A stretch of 64,000 bases of DNA from a virus, in the IMG/VR virus record IMGVR_UViG_3300042564_002372, positions 45,828 through 109,827 of that record. One strand, given 5' to 3'. Below the pieces are notes generated by a model. The model made no database searches. It saw nothing but the letters and a program-made list of their open reading frames with translations, and was not told the DNA's origin. How positions within the stretch are numbered: the first letter of the stretch is position 1; each line of letters starts with the position of its first letter. The translations under genes and the position numbers were made by a program. Below, piece by piece: positions 37,093 through 46,676 of this stretch.

Positions 37093-39687
37093 TTATTTCT
37101 TATCGTTTTTAGATGCTCTATTTGAAGCATTTATTTTAGCCACTTCAACATCATTCTTCATATTCTCTCTAGCAACATTTAGTTTTTCTTTTTCAAGTTG
37201 CATCTTCTGCATAGCTTGAGTGTTTTTAGATTGAATATCCTGCATCTTTAATTGATAATCCTGAGCTGCTTTTGACTGTTGCATAGATAGATTTGAAATC
37301 TCTAATATATCAGGAGTTCCTGATTCATCAACATCAGCTGTTGCTGCTTCGCCTCTTGCCGCAGCATTAATAAGAGCTATTTCTTTCTTATTAATTCTAT
37401 CAAGTTCTTTCTGATAGTTCTCATTGGCAAGTGCTTCTTGAGCTTGTTGTTGCTGAGCCTGTAGCTGAGCACCTGCAATTTGTTGTTGTTGCTCAAGCTG
37501 CTGCTGTTGCATTTGCATCTGCTGGTCTTGCATTTGCTGCTGACGATCTTTGAGATTTTTGAATGTCTTCTTCATCTCTCTCATAGACTTAGTAGAATAC
37601 AATTCTATTACATCATATAGTGTGCCACCATTCTGAATGACAGCCTGAGATAGCTGACGAAGCTCATTAAACATTTGTGTATCTTCTGGTCTGTTAGTTA
37701 CAAACACTTTAAGATCACGAAGCTTCAAATCATTACCATTTACTTGTATAAATGCAGATTCTCCTTCAGATGTAATGTATGATAATGTAGACATAGGTTT
37801 AGCACTTTCTACATATTGTGCAGCATCTACAATAGCTTGATATAACTGACCTAATACATACTCGTGTGCAATGAATAGGGGCTCTGTCTGAGCGTATGAC
37901 TGACTGACAGCTGTGTTAACACCTGTGGCAGATTCGCTCGCTTGTACGGTGCCTAAACGCTGTCTAGAGATGCCTATCAGTTCCCAACATTCGCTCTTTA
38001 ATTGGAGAGCAAGGTTATATCTAGACTGGATTTCACCAGTTCTTGTCAAGTCTATGTTTCTTGCAATAGTGGTGTTGGAGACAGCAGCCTTTGTATTCTC
38101 TGGACTGTCATCATCAAATATAATACCACGCTCTCTTGCTTCCATTTCCCATACATCTAGAGCATCTTGATCATCTCCATCTTTTAGTCTAGGAACACGT
38201 CTAATATTTACAGAAGCTACATTACCAATTTCTTTTTCTAGTAGTTTGTAGAGCTGATTCATGCAAATGTTGTACAACACCTGGAATGGCTTCATCAAAT
38301 CCACTAATGATTTGGCTTCTGTGTTCTTCACCTCAAACGTAGTGCCTATAATAGGGCAATAGTTAAGGATTTTTAGAGGTTTGATGTGGTAGATGTCTGG
38401 ACCAATCTTTGTTCCTTGATACCACTGGTTAATCCAGCCCCATTCAAGAGAGATTTGTGTAGGAATAGTGTTTGCCTTGTAGTTTTCATCAACAAGAACA
38501 CTTTGCTCATTACCCATTTCATCTAAATAGGTGAGTTTACCAATTTTTCTCTTGCTAATCCAATATGCTCTAACAACAACATATTTGTATCCAAATGTAG
38601 ACACGTTTGTTGTTAGTCCTAAGAAGTCTTTTAGTCCATCATTGTTCTCCTTCATCTCACTTTCAATCATCATTCTTGTCTGAAGGACAAGAGGATCAAA
38701 TGTGTCGTATTGAATAGAGTCAATACCATCAGCAGCATTAGGATTACCAAGGTTGGATTCACGAACGTTGATAAGTCCGTAGTCTTGCAATGAGCTTCTT
38801 AGGTGATCAATCTCTTCTTTAGTGAGATCTGGGATAGATTCAATAATTTCAGAAAGTTCCATAACTTGCACAGTACCAGCAGCATACGCTCCTTGGTTTC
38901 TTCCTGTTGGATCAGAAATCCACTTTCTATCTGGCGTAGTGAGGAACCATGTATTCTTTGGGTTTGCCACCTCTATGTTGAATCCAAGCTTAGAGTTGTC
39001 TTCATAGATGTGATAGAACTCTCTAGCAGAAATAAGAAGATCTCTGAATGCATCCTCTGATTTTTCTTTCAGGTTGAATTCAGCTTTTTGACATGTAAGA
39101 ATGTGATTAGCCCATTTCTCAGCTACAGAAGTGTAAGAATCTAGCTGATCCTTCACTTGCTCCATTGTCATTTGGTTAAGCTGTTCTTCGTCAATCTCTT
39201 GACCCTGCATAGCAAGCTTCTGCAATATGTTCTGTCTAGCTTGAGAAATAATAAACTCCTGAAGAACATCTGTTTTGAATTGTAGTTCTTCAGCTTGGCT
39301 ATCATCATCAAATGCCTTTACACGAAATGTATCTGGACGCTTAGATATTTCACCTACAAGGTTATTGATGGGAGTAGTTACAATAGAATAATGCTTAACG
39401 TATGATGGCAAACCTAAATCTGCCTGAAGCATCTCTGTAAAAGATTTCACATCTGGCTCTTGATAAAAGTCTTCCATTCTCAGGATGCCTTTTACAAGGT
39501 CATAGTTTTTAACAAACGTGTCACGACTCTTCATATATTCCGCATACGACTTGTTTGCGAAATAATCCATCGTGTTTTTCACCCAACTCTCATCCCGCTT
39601 TTCTTTCTCTGTCTTGAACTGATCAGGGAAAATGTTAAGATAGGCATATCGTATGGTTGCGTCCTTTGTATATCTAATGATTGCCAT
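37093..39687 (-). CDS. Portal protein
   Basis: 864 aa directly after terL; KHYSIVTTPINNLVGE, SLVDLMKPFQVLYN and GISRQRLG motifs; Q-rich C-terminal barrel. Confidence 0.85.
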   Translation of the reverse strand: MAIIRYTKDATIRYAYLNIFPDQFKTEKEKRDESWVKNTMDYFANKSYAEYMKSRDTFVKNYDLVKGILRMEDFYQEPDVKSFTEMLQADLGLPSYVKHYSIVTTPINNLVGEISKRPDTFRVKAFDDDSQAEELQFKTDVLQEFIISQARQNILQKLAMQGQEIDEEQLNQMTMEQVKDQLDSYTSVAEKWANHILTCQKAEFNLKEKSEDAFRDLLISAREFYHIYEDNSKLGFNIEVANPKNTWFLTTPDRKWISDPTGRNQGAYAAGTVQVMELSEIIESIPDLTKEEIDHLRSSLQDYGLINVRESNLGNPNAADGIDSIQYDTFDPLVLQTRMMIESEMKENNDGLKDFLGLTTNVSTFGYKYVVVRAYWISKRKIGKLTYLDEMGNEQSVLVDENYKANTIPTQISLEWGWINQWYQGTKIGPDIYHIKPLKILNYCPIIGTTFEVKNTEAKSLVDLMKPFQVLYNICMNQLYKLLEKEIGNVASVNIRRVPRLKDGDDQDALDVWEMEARERGIIFDDDSPENTKAAVSNTTIARNIDLTRTGEIQSRYNLALQLKSECWELIGISRQRLGTVQASESATGVNTAVSQSYAQTEPLFIAHEYVLGQLYQAIVDAAQYVESAKPMSTLSYITSEGESAFIQVNGNDLKLRDLKVFVTNRPEDTQMFNELRQLSQAVIQNGGTLYDVIELYSTKSMREMKKTFKNLKDRQQQMQDQQMQMQQQQLEQQQQIAGAQLQAQQQQAQEALANENYQKELDRINKKEIALINAAARGEAATADVDESGTPDILEISNLSMQQSKAAQDYQLKMQDIQSKNTQAMQKMQLEKEKLNVARENMKNDVEVAKINASNRASKNDKK

Positions 39688-41711
39688 TATGAAAATAATT
39701 TATTTTTCCTCGTATTGAACATATTTTTAGAGCTGCTGAACAGCTTCCCACTCTTTAACTTTTTTGAATATAACGATTTAACTCGTTCATCACTAGTTCC
39801 TCCAATCTTTCCTAATATAGGGTCCATCTTAAGTGCCTGAGCTATAGCAAGTTCCGCTGCTACAATTCTATCGAAGTTTCCCTCATCGTTATATTGGATG
39901 ATTTCTTCAAGAAGCATTGGGTCAAATATCTTACTCACCCCTGTAACTTCTTTAGTTATTTTACCATCATCATCTTTCTCAGAATAAATAACATCGTCCA
40001 TGTATCTTTTCAGACATGTATGTAGATAGTCAATTATTTTCTGAGCTGATCTGTGAATTCCATACTCTCGTTTCACAGTAGTGTTAGGAATCACTTCTAA
40101 CAACCATTGTGGTTGTTTCTCTAGATAGTGTGCATCACCTTTGCTTTTCATGTATTCAATGAACGAAATGTCGTCATTCTCACAAAGAGCTCTAGCGTTG
40201 TAATATTTAATCAGTAATCTAGCCTGTTCTTCCCACGTTTCCTTCTTATCAGGTCTTGCACAATACGAAGCTACGAACATATCCTGATATTTTTCACCAG
40301 TGAGATCGTGCATTCTCTTGTAAATATACACAGAACCTAGTGAAGTTGAATACTTTGCCTGTCCTTGTCTATAGGGGTCAACTCCTGCAACGTACAATCC
40401 ATAGGGAGGATTCTCTATAGGAAACTCATATATCACTATAGGAGCATCCTTTCTATCTGTACTCTTGAGAGGAAAGTTTGTTATAGGCATGTTGTCTGTA
40501 AACTCATGTCCAATCTTTCCTTCGTCACTAAATAATATAACAGGTGTTCCTGTTCTTTCGTTCTGCAATAGTCTGATTTTCTGTCTTTTAGCAGCTTCTA
40601 TATCAAAGATGTTGGTGTCTTCATTGAGGAATATGTCATCCACCTTCTGTGGATAGTACATCTTCTCTTTTAAATAAGCCACTCTATCACCAGCCTTCTT
40701 TAATCTTTCTAAGTTATCGTTAGTGATTTTGTCAGCTTTCTCTTCATTAGACACTAACATCTTCACATTATGAAGCTCGCTAGTTTTTGGAGCATCTACA
40801 TAAGCTCCTAACGTAGAATCTTCTTTGGCTTCCATTCTATATTTATTAGAAATGAATAGCCCATGCACACGCTTTGTATCCTCTTCGTTATTATATGTTA
40901 GGAAGTTGTAATTGTCAACATCAAACATCAATGACTTAGCATCCATAAAACGCTTCATATCACCGCCTGTACCTGTAAGAATTGGGGAACAGCCCCATCC
41001 AAATGGCGTTGTAAAACCAGGAACAGCAGCCTGTAAGCCTCTCAAGAAAGATCCTTTACCAATCTCATCAATAATGAGCTTACGTGGCTTTGTACCAGCA
41101 ATAGCTTCTTCGTTATTACCCTCATCTAAGTTACGAATAAGAATTTGAGAGAATGGTATTCTCTCTCCTCCCCTTGTCTTTATTCCTAACGTCACCTGAT
41201 TCTTCCAATTATCCTCTACACGCTGCCATCTAAAGTATTCAGGAAGGAAGTTGAGGCCCTTATCAAGCTTATCTGTAATTAGTTTAATATCTGGAGCATT
41301 CAGGCCAGCAATAACGTTCTGTGAGTTCTCATCAAATGTGGCACCCCAAGCAATGTAACTTGCTTCAAGCACAGACTTAGCAAAACGTCTAATACCCAAA
41401 ATGACCAACCCACGCTTCTCAGCATGGGCTCTGTCTATTTCATTTGTAACTAACCATTCATTGTCTCTCAGAGATGGGTTTGCATATTTCTGATAGATTC
41501 GTCCTCTATCATCCATAACATCCACTTCTGTATGCCACAGATTCAAATGCCAATACAGAAAGGGGTTGATGAACACACCATCCATCATAAATCCATCAAG
41601 ACACAGCTTCTTATGAAAGTCAAAGAAGGGCTTGTATTCCTGTGATGTCTTATCAGGAAGGCGTGTTTGGTTAATCAACCACTCACTGTATTTAACATTT
41701 TCTAGATTCAT
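39687..41711 (-). CDS. terL: Terminase large subunit
   Basis: Walker A-like GIRRFAKS, Walker B LIIDEIG, motif III LTGTGG, nuclease GVDPY and FDRIVA. Confidence 0.9.
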   Translation of the reverse strand: MNLENVKYSEWLINQTRLPDKTSQEYKPFFDFHKKLCLDGFMMDGVFINPFLYWHLNLWHTEVDVMDDRGRIYQKYANPSLRDNEWLVTNEIDRAHAEKRGLVILGIRRFAKSVLEASYIAWGATFDENSQNVIAGLNAPDIKLITDKLDKGLNFLPEYFRWQRVEDNWKNQVTLGIKTRGGERIPFSQILIRNLDEGNNEEAIAGTKPRKLIIDEIGKGSFLRGLQAAVPGFTTPFGWGCSPILTGTGGDMKRFMDAKSLMFDVDNYNFLTYNNEEDTKRVHGLFISNKYRMEAKEDSTLGAYVDAPKTSELHNVKMLVSNEEKADKITNDNLERLKKAGDRVAYLKEKMYYPQKVDDIFLNEDTNIFDIEAAKRQKIRLLQNERTGTPVILFSDEGKIGHEFTDNMPITNFPLKSTDRKDAPIVIYEFPIENPPYGLYVAGVDPYRQGQAKYSTSLGSVYIYKRMHDLTGEKYQDMFVASYCARPDKKETWEEQARLLIKYYNARALCENDDISFIEYMKSKGDAHYLEKQPQWLLEVIPNTTVKREYGIHRSAQKIIDYLHTCLKRYMDDVIYSEKDDDGKITKEVTGVSKIFDPMLLEEIIQYNDEGNFDRIVAAELAIAQALKMDPILGKIGGTSDERVKSLYSKKLKSGKLFSSSKNMFNTRKNKLFS

Positions 41712-42040
41712 CGTCTACCTTTAAGGAAATCTTCAGCCATAGAGCCAAGCTCACCATTACCACGTATTTCCACCTTAGATTCTTCTTTCTCTCTAAGCTT
41801 ATCTACCACTTCAAGAAGAGCTAGATAGTTCTTCATTGTCTCCTGAATAAACTTACCCTGAGATTCAATGCTAGCAATCACCATAGGCAACATTCCACCC
41901 TTAGCTGTAGGCTTCCATTCTATCCTGTCTGTCAGCTTATGCAGAGGATTGGCATCAACATATTCCTTCCATGAAGCAAGTTGTTGTTCAGCCCAATCGA
42001 GCTCTGTATTAACGTACGTAGTTTTCTTTGGAGCAGCCAT
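41708..42040 (-). CDS. Hypothetical protein, possible terminase small subunit
   Basis: 110 aa overlapping the terL start; C-terminal KVEIRG; positional inference. Confidence 0.45.
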   Translation of the reverse strand: MAAPKKTTYVNTELDWAEQQLASWKEYVDANPLHKLTDRIEWKPTAKGGMLPMVIASIESQGKFIQETMKNYLALLEVVDKLREKEESKVEIRGNGELGSMAEDFLKGRR

Positions 42041-42234
42041 TACGATAGGGTTACAATACCAGCAGCAGCAGTTTTTAGCTCTGTGACAGACGTTTGTATT
42101 GGACCGCTGAGCAGCTCCTGAATTTGCTTGTTAGCAATATCCTTTGTCTTCTCATCAATACCAGGTGTAGCACACAACGCTGCCAATCTTTCAATAACGG
42201 ACATTGATTCTTGTCCAACCATAGCTCTATTCAT
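42040..42234 (-). CDS. Hypothetical protein
   Basis: 64 aa, translationally coupled to its neighbours. Confidence 0.55.
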   Translation of the reverse strand: MNRAMVGQESMSVIERLAALCATPGIDEKTKDIANKQIQELLSGPIQTSVTELKTAAAGIVTLS

Positions 42235-42467
42235 ATTAAATTGTTTATATCCTCATCAGATAGTGGTTTGTCTTCTTCCTCATCATACACATCATTTTCT
42301 TCCTCTGACATGTATTCTTCTTTCACAACAATATTAATGACATCTTGATCTTCTCCTTGAATACCAATGATATCAACATAATCAGCCCCAGCGTCCCACA
42401 GATGCGTTAACGTATCAAGAAGAAGCTCTAAGCTAATTTTTCTAAAACGCATTTCTTTATTCGCCAT
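42231..42467 (-). CDS. Acidic hypothetical protein
   Basis: 78 aa, coupled to its neighbours. Confidence 0.55.
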   Translation of the reverse strand: MANKEMRFRKISLELLLDTLTHLWDAGADYVDIIGIQGEDQDVINIVVKEEYMSEEENDVYDEEEDKPLSDEDINNLI

Positions 42468-42735
42468 CGATTTCCTCCTCTTGTTCTCTTGTCATCACTG
42501 ATTTCCATTTCTCTGTAGGACACGCACAAGACAAGCATTTTGTTTTAGCAGAAAGTGTACATCCACAATGTGTACAATGTTCATCAAAACGTATCGTCTT
42601 ATGATGTTTAGAATGAAACTTGCATTCATTGCAAATTGCCATTCTTTCAGCTGACACCTGATCAATCTGTTCCTTTAGTTTTTCTTCTGGAAGCAGATTG
42701 TTTTTCCAACCTTCGTAAATCTGTGTTAAGCTCAT
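42457..42735 (-). CDS. Cys-rich Zn-binding protein
   Basis: RMAICNEC...CTHCGC...KTKCLSCACPTEKW. Confidence 0.65.
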   Translation of the reverse strand: MSLTQIYEGWKNNLLPEEKLKEQIDQVSAERMAICNECKFHSKHHKTIRFDEHCTHCGCTLSAKTKCLSCACPTEKWKSVMTREQEEEIDGE

Positions 42736-43075
42736 TTATCTTATTCATTAATATTTTACGCTTCAACAACATCTGATCAATATCATCATTCCACTTCTCC
42801 GTTTTAACATCACTATCAGAATTGGAAATCCTATCCCTAAAACTCCTAATCTTCTCATCTAAAACATCAAGCTTTTTCTGGGCAGCTCTATCATTCCATT
42901 TCAATGTACCAAACCCAGAAATCTCCACTGTCTTATTTTTCTGTAAAGCTGCCAATGTGCTGTCAAACTGATGTCGTATTATTTGATCAACAATATTAAC
43001 ATCCATGTTTAAGGACTCGGAGAGCTTTCTAACAAACCAATCCCTATGGGACATTGAATTAGGCTTTTCCTTCAT
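42662..43075 (-). CDS. HU/IHF-like DNA-binding protein
   Basis: LQKNKTVEISGFGTL matches the HU/IHF signature. Confidence 0.65.
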   Translation of the reverse strand: MKEKPNSMSHRDWFVRKLSESLNMDVNIVDQIIRHQFDSTLAALQKNKTVEISGFGTLKWNDRAAQKKLDVLDEKIRSFRDRISNSDSDVKTEKWNDDIDQMLLKRKILMNKINELNTDLRRLEKQSASRRKTKGTD

Positions 43076-43406
43076 GCAAAATCTTTATCTCTAATGTAAT
43101 GTCACTGGAGAAATCTAATGATATGAGGGGATTGACAACAATCTTTCCATCCTTCTTAAGAAGCAAGTTTCTTTTTTTGAGCTTAGACACCATGTTGTTC
43201 ACTGTAGCTCCTGTGGTTTCATAGGTTGAACAAAACTTCTCTCTATTACTTGGAACAGAAATACTTCCAGAAACAGCAATGAAAGACATCAGCTGAACTT
43301 CCCGTGTTGTAAGCATCAAATCGTTCAATGCAGAAAGAACAGAATAATACCTGTACGACACATCCGTGTCATTCTGTAATCCCTTCTTTAATCGTTGTAC
43401 AATCAT
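43059..43406 (-). CDS. Winged-HTH protein (RepL/MarR-like)
   Basis: LTTREVQL...TVNNMVSKLKKRNLL..DGKIVVNP; start reassigned to the ATG at 43406. Confidence 0.55.
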   Translation of the reverse strand: MIVQRLKKGLQNDTDVSYRYYSVLSALNDLMLTTREVQLMSFIAVSGSISVPSNREKFCSTYETTGATVNNMVSKLKKRNLLLKKDGKIVVNPLISLDFSSDITLEIKILHEGKA

Positions 43407-43424
43407 TTCCTTATTGGTTTCTAA

Positions 43425-43457
43425 CAAATATAAAACATCCTCCGTGAAAATAACAAA
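43425..43457 (-). promoter_or_regulatory. Bacteroidota sigma-A type promoter driving the structural arm
   Basis: TTTG-N21-TATATTTG, matching the -33/-7 consensus TTTG-N19-21-TAnnTTTG. Confidence 0.7.
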
Positions 43458-43459
43458 TT

Positions 43460-43645
43460 TTATTATTTCTGTTTTTGAATCAAGGCCCCACCCAGGTGAT
43501 GAGTTGTAAAGAAACCCCCCACCAAAATTTTCAAAATTTGGAAAAATGTTGTGTCAATGGGAGGGGAGGTTACTTCCAGTTGCAACCCCACGCAGAGTTG
43601 GGGTAGTCGAGGGACTCCCCCTTAAACACACTTAACCAATCAAAA
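43460..43645. other. Divergent-arm junction, GC-rich non-coding (possible genome end/packaging or origin region)
   Basis: Coding strand switches here; G/C runs contrast with the AT-rich surroundings. Confidence 0.4.
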
Positions 43646-43648
43646 ATC

Positions 43649-44026
43649 ATGTTACAACACTTAGCACCAACAAAATCAATTGAGGTAATTGGCACTCTTG
43701 CTGAAATCGTAGGAACTGGAGGTAAAGTATTCTACTCTCCAGGAAACTGGGATGGAGATAAGCGCATCTTCCTTGAACTAAGAACCGCTTCTGGACAGGA
43801 AGGTAGAATCTTCTGCTCACCTGCTGTGAGCAAGCACCTTCGTGAGAAGACCATGAAGCCATCTCAGTTGTTTGGAATGCCTGTCGCTCTTATCACTAGA
43901 GTTGATAAGACCAAAGGTTACACCGTTACTTTGCCTGGTTCTCAACTTGTGGAACTTGCAGTTCCAACTGAAGTTGAGACTTGGACTCAACCAGCAACAT
44001 TAGAAGAAGTAGAGAGGGTTTCATAA
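43649..44026 (+). CDS. First early protein, hypothetical (125 aa)
   Basis: A-rich leader, followed by a terminator-like hairpin. Confidence 0.7.
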   Translation: MLQHLAPTKSIEVIGTLAEIVGTGGKVFYSPGNWDGDKRIFLELRTASGQEGRIFCSPAVSKHLREKTMKPSQLFGMPVALITRVDKTKGYTVTLPGSQLVELAVPTEVETWTQPATLEEVERVS

Positions 44027-44042
44027 CCCTCTTTTCTTCTCT
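44001..44042 (+). terminator. Terminator-like hairpin
   Basis: AGAGGGTT-TCAT-AACCCTCT followed by TTTCTTCT. Confidence 0.6.
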
Positions 44043-44075
44043 ATATACAGGGTGGGAGTAAAAACGTTTGGGTGG

Positions 44076-44675
44076 GCTAGTTACACAGAGATTGTATCTG
44101 TGCAAATCAGACATATATTATAAATACAATGAAGGGTTCTACGAGGCCAAGCATGTGGTAATGCGTTGTAATATATATGGTGTGATCTGTGTAACTAGTT
44201 TATCCTTACTAAAGTACAACGAATGTAGGGTAATGTACAATTTAATAAAGTTTTACACGGGAAAACTAAAACTTCATGTTGTACTTTATCAAGAATTTGT
44301 TGAGTGAATAAGAGTAGGAGTGACACCACACACGTAATAATGACATGTTTTCGTAAGTGTCGTTTTTACTATTCACTATTTTATATAGCATTAACAAACA
44401 ATTGTATGTGGCCACGTAGTGCCTTAATCCATCCGTGATGCATGTGTAAGCATGTAGGATGGACATACAATTTCAATGCACCATTCTCACTTCCCAAGGG
44501 TGAGCAGTTGTAATAGATGAAGCGTCAGCAAAATGGGTCAATGCAGAAATAATTTCACAGCGACATAACCAATGGGTCATGCTGTAATTGTTTGCCTGTG
44601 ACATAATCTATTACAATTGAGTGCAGAGGGATTTGGAGGGTCAGATGCTCCCGAGCAGGTGCAAGGCCTGCATTT
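44076..44675 (+). ncRNA. Candidate large structured RNA / hairpin array
   Basis: Six consecutive stem-loop domains, most with 9-14 bp stems containing G-U pairs; no convincing ORF. Confidence 0.55.
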
Positions 44676-44704
44676 ATTATTTAATCATTTAAACGCACAA
44701 CAAC

Positions 44705-44884
44705 ATGTTAAAATCAATTTTAATTTTCTTGTTTCCTAAGACTATTGCTTCTATTAAGAAGGATAGTATTAATGAATATCTCTGTAATCATGAAGATCCA
44801 GAATTTGATCAAATGCAGGCTGATTATTATGAGATGATGAGTATTGAACATCAACAATGGCTAGAACAAGATGAAAACATTTAA
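44705..44884 (+). CDS. Hypothetical protein, 59 aa
   Basis: Manually translated MLKSILIFLFPKTIASIKK...QDENI; AAACGCAC leader. Confidence 0.55.
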   Translation: MLKSILIFLFPKTIASIKKDSINEYLCNHEDPEFDQMQADYYEMMSIEHQQWLEQDENI

Positions 44885-45161
44885 TGATTTAGTCTTTATA
44901 GATGAGATTATGTATGGCGACTTAAAATGGAGTCGCTCATACATGATATTTGATAATGGATATGGTATATCTGTTGTAAAAGGTCCTCATAGTTATGGAG
45001 GTAAATTAGGCTTATATGAAATTGCTGTCTTAGATAATGATGGCTACATCACTTATGAAACACCTATAACTGATGATGTAATAGGCTTTCTTAAGCCTGA
45101 AGATGTTAGTAAACACATGATTGAAATTCAAGAATTACCAATTGCACACAAAAACACATAA
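44871..45161 (+). CDS. Hypothetical phage protein
   Basis: FDNGYGISVV..SYGG..GLYEIAVL..TPITDDVIGFL, a recurrent phage early-protein pattern. Confidence 0.7.
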   Translation: MKTFNDLVFIDEIMYGDLKWSRSYMIFDNGYGISVVKGPHSYGGKLGLYEIAVLDNDGYITYETPITDDVIGFLKPEDVSKHMIEIQELPIAHKNT

Positions 45162-45166
45162 AACGA

Positions 45167-45472
45167 ATGAACACATTAAAAGTAGTTAGGGCTATAGCAG
45201 TGGGAACTGCTCTCCTTGCAGGAATTCTATCTGTTCTCATTATTATGTTTGCTGGAACAGCACTTGAGATGGGTGTAACAGATGAACAGTTCTTATTCAC
45301 TGTCATCATCTTTTTCATTTCCACATTATATTGGTTGGCTGTTGATGCTCTTATTAGAAGAGATGAGGCTGATACAGAAGCAATGAAGAAGATTCATCAA
45401 ACAACATTCAATCAGGCTGCTGTATTGATGATTCTTTCTATTATTGGAACACTTTCTCTGGTATTCTTATGA
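45167..45472 (+). CDS. Membrane protein (about 3 TM segments)
   Basis: Three hydrophobic stretches. Confidence 0.65.
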   Translation: MNTLKVVRAIAVGTALLAGILSVLIIMFAGTALEMGVTDEQFLFTVIIFFISTLYWLAVDALIRRDEADTEAMKKIHQTTFNQAAVLMILSIIGTLSLVFL

Positions 45473-45675
45473 AGTATGCCAGAGAGTGTTCTATTACAGG
45501 TGAAGGAATGAATGAGGGATGGGTGGGAGATGATGGATGTGTCTATTTTAAATATGAAAAAGATGCAAAGCAATGGTGCATAAGCAGAGGATATAGAGAT
45601 ATTGATGATGCTTATGTTGATGATGTAATTTATTACACAGAATGGGATGAGTTTGAACTAGACTTTGAAGAATAG
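45469..45675 (+). CDS. Small acidic hypothetical protein
   Basis: Coupled ORF, D/E-rich C-terminus. Confidence 0.6.
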   Translation: MKYARECSITGEGMNEGWVGDDGCVYFKYEKDAKQWCISRGYRDIDDAYVDDVIYYTEWDEFELDFEE

Positions 45676-45677
45676 CC

Positions 45678-45887
45678 ATGATTGTAGCAAGACAAAGTAT
45701 TATATCTGGTAAGGTTTATCAGATGGAATTGGATATCACTCAACAACAGTTGGATGATTTTGCTAATGATAAACTTGGATTGATTCAAGAAGCATTTCCT
45801 CATTTGTCTATTGATGAACGTGAATTCATCATATCTGGTATCCATCCAATAGAATGGAGAGAGTTATTTGGAGAATTAGAAGAATAA
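45678..45887 (+). CDS. Hypothetical phage protein
   Basis: LIQEAFPHLSIDEREFIISGI motif. Confidence 0.65.
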   Translation: MIVARQSIISGKVYQMELDITQQQLDDFANDKLGLIQEAFPHLSIDEREFIISGIHPIEWRELFGELEE

Positions 45888-45901
45888 AAAACAAAACGCA
45901 C

Positions 45902-46018
45902 ATGAAAAAATTAACTAAAAAAGAATTCAGTGAAAGAGTAGTATTCTATAGTCTACTATCAGCACTAGTCATCATGCTAATTGTATGGTGGATTGAGTTT
46001 ATTAAATACTTCCCATAA
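45902..46018 (+). CDS. Single-TM peptide, 38 aa
   Basis: MKKLTKKEFSERVVFYSLLSALVIMLIVWWIEFIKYFP; AAACGCAC-ATG leader. Confidence 0.5.
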   Translation: MKKLTKKEFSERVVFYSLLSALVIMLIVWWIEFIKYFP

Positions 46019-46131
46019 ATCATATTCTAATATGATTTGTGCGTCTGCTGAGCATCAGAATAAACTGCTCAATTATTATAGCATTAATTAAAATCAAAGC
46101 AAATAAACAAACAACTAAAGCAAAAACGCAC

Positions 46132-46407
46132 ATGAAAGCACACCAAACAATTGCAGATGTGTTGATGGACATCAATACGCCTGATGCAGCAAAGAAGTTC
46201 GTTGTGATTACAGATCACGAGAACACGTTTTACTTTTCCTATCCAGGAGAAGATGAGTTTAATCCTTTAAGAGGACAGGCTTTTCTTACACGCACATTTA
46301 TTCCTTTCGCAATTAGCGTGCATCAAGAAGTGGGATCTCATTTCGTTTACAAATGGGATACAATGAATGAAGTGGTTGATCATTTTGACTTACTATTTAA
46401 CTCTTGA
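46132..46407 (+). CDS. Hypothetical protein
   Basis: Start reassigned to the ATG after the AAACGCAC leader. Confidence 0.6.
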   Translation: MKAHQTIADVLMDINTPDAAKKFVVITDHENTFYFSYPGEDEFNPLRGQAFLTRTFIPFAISVHQEVGSHFVYKWDTMNEVVDHFDLLFNS

Positions 46408-46412
46408 TAGCC

Positions 46413-46676
46413 ATGAAAGTGAAGAATAAAGAACAACTCGACAAGTTTATCATTACAATGGTAAAACTCTATCCTACCAATCTCACTTATGCATTCAAGC
46501 GTGTGAGTGATATCACTGGGGTTAAACCTTTAGTTATATCAAATAGATGGTACACCAACATTAGACATCGTTCTGATGTAATTTACAGGATAGTTACAGA
46601 TGAGGTGGAAATTAAGAACACCAGAGTGATGAGGTCAGATCTGATTGAGAAACTTATGAAAATCTTTAGGATATGA
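46413..46676 (+). CDS. Hypothetical, possible HTH protein
   Basis: AFKRVSDITGVKPLVISNRWY resembles an HTH. Confidence 0.5.
   Translation: MKVKNKEQLDKFIITMVKLYPTNLTYAFKRVSDITGVKPLVISNRWYTNIRHRSDVIYRIVTDEVEIKNTRVMRSDLIEKLMKIFRI

Noticed and set aside
44068-44466. ORFs 44068-44307 (+) and 44266-44466 (-)
   Set aside because: Weak starts, atypical composition, and complete overlap with the hairpin array.
44615-44675. Hatchet (AGTGCAGA) or twister-sister (GGTGCAAG) ribozyme
   Set aside because: Only short word matches; I could not build the remaining conserved stems.
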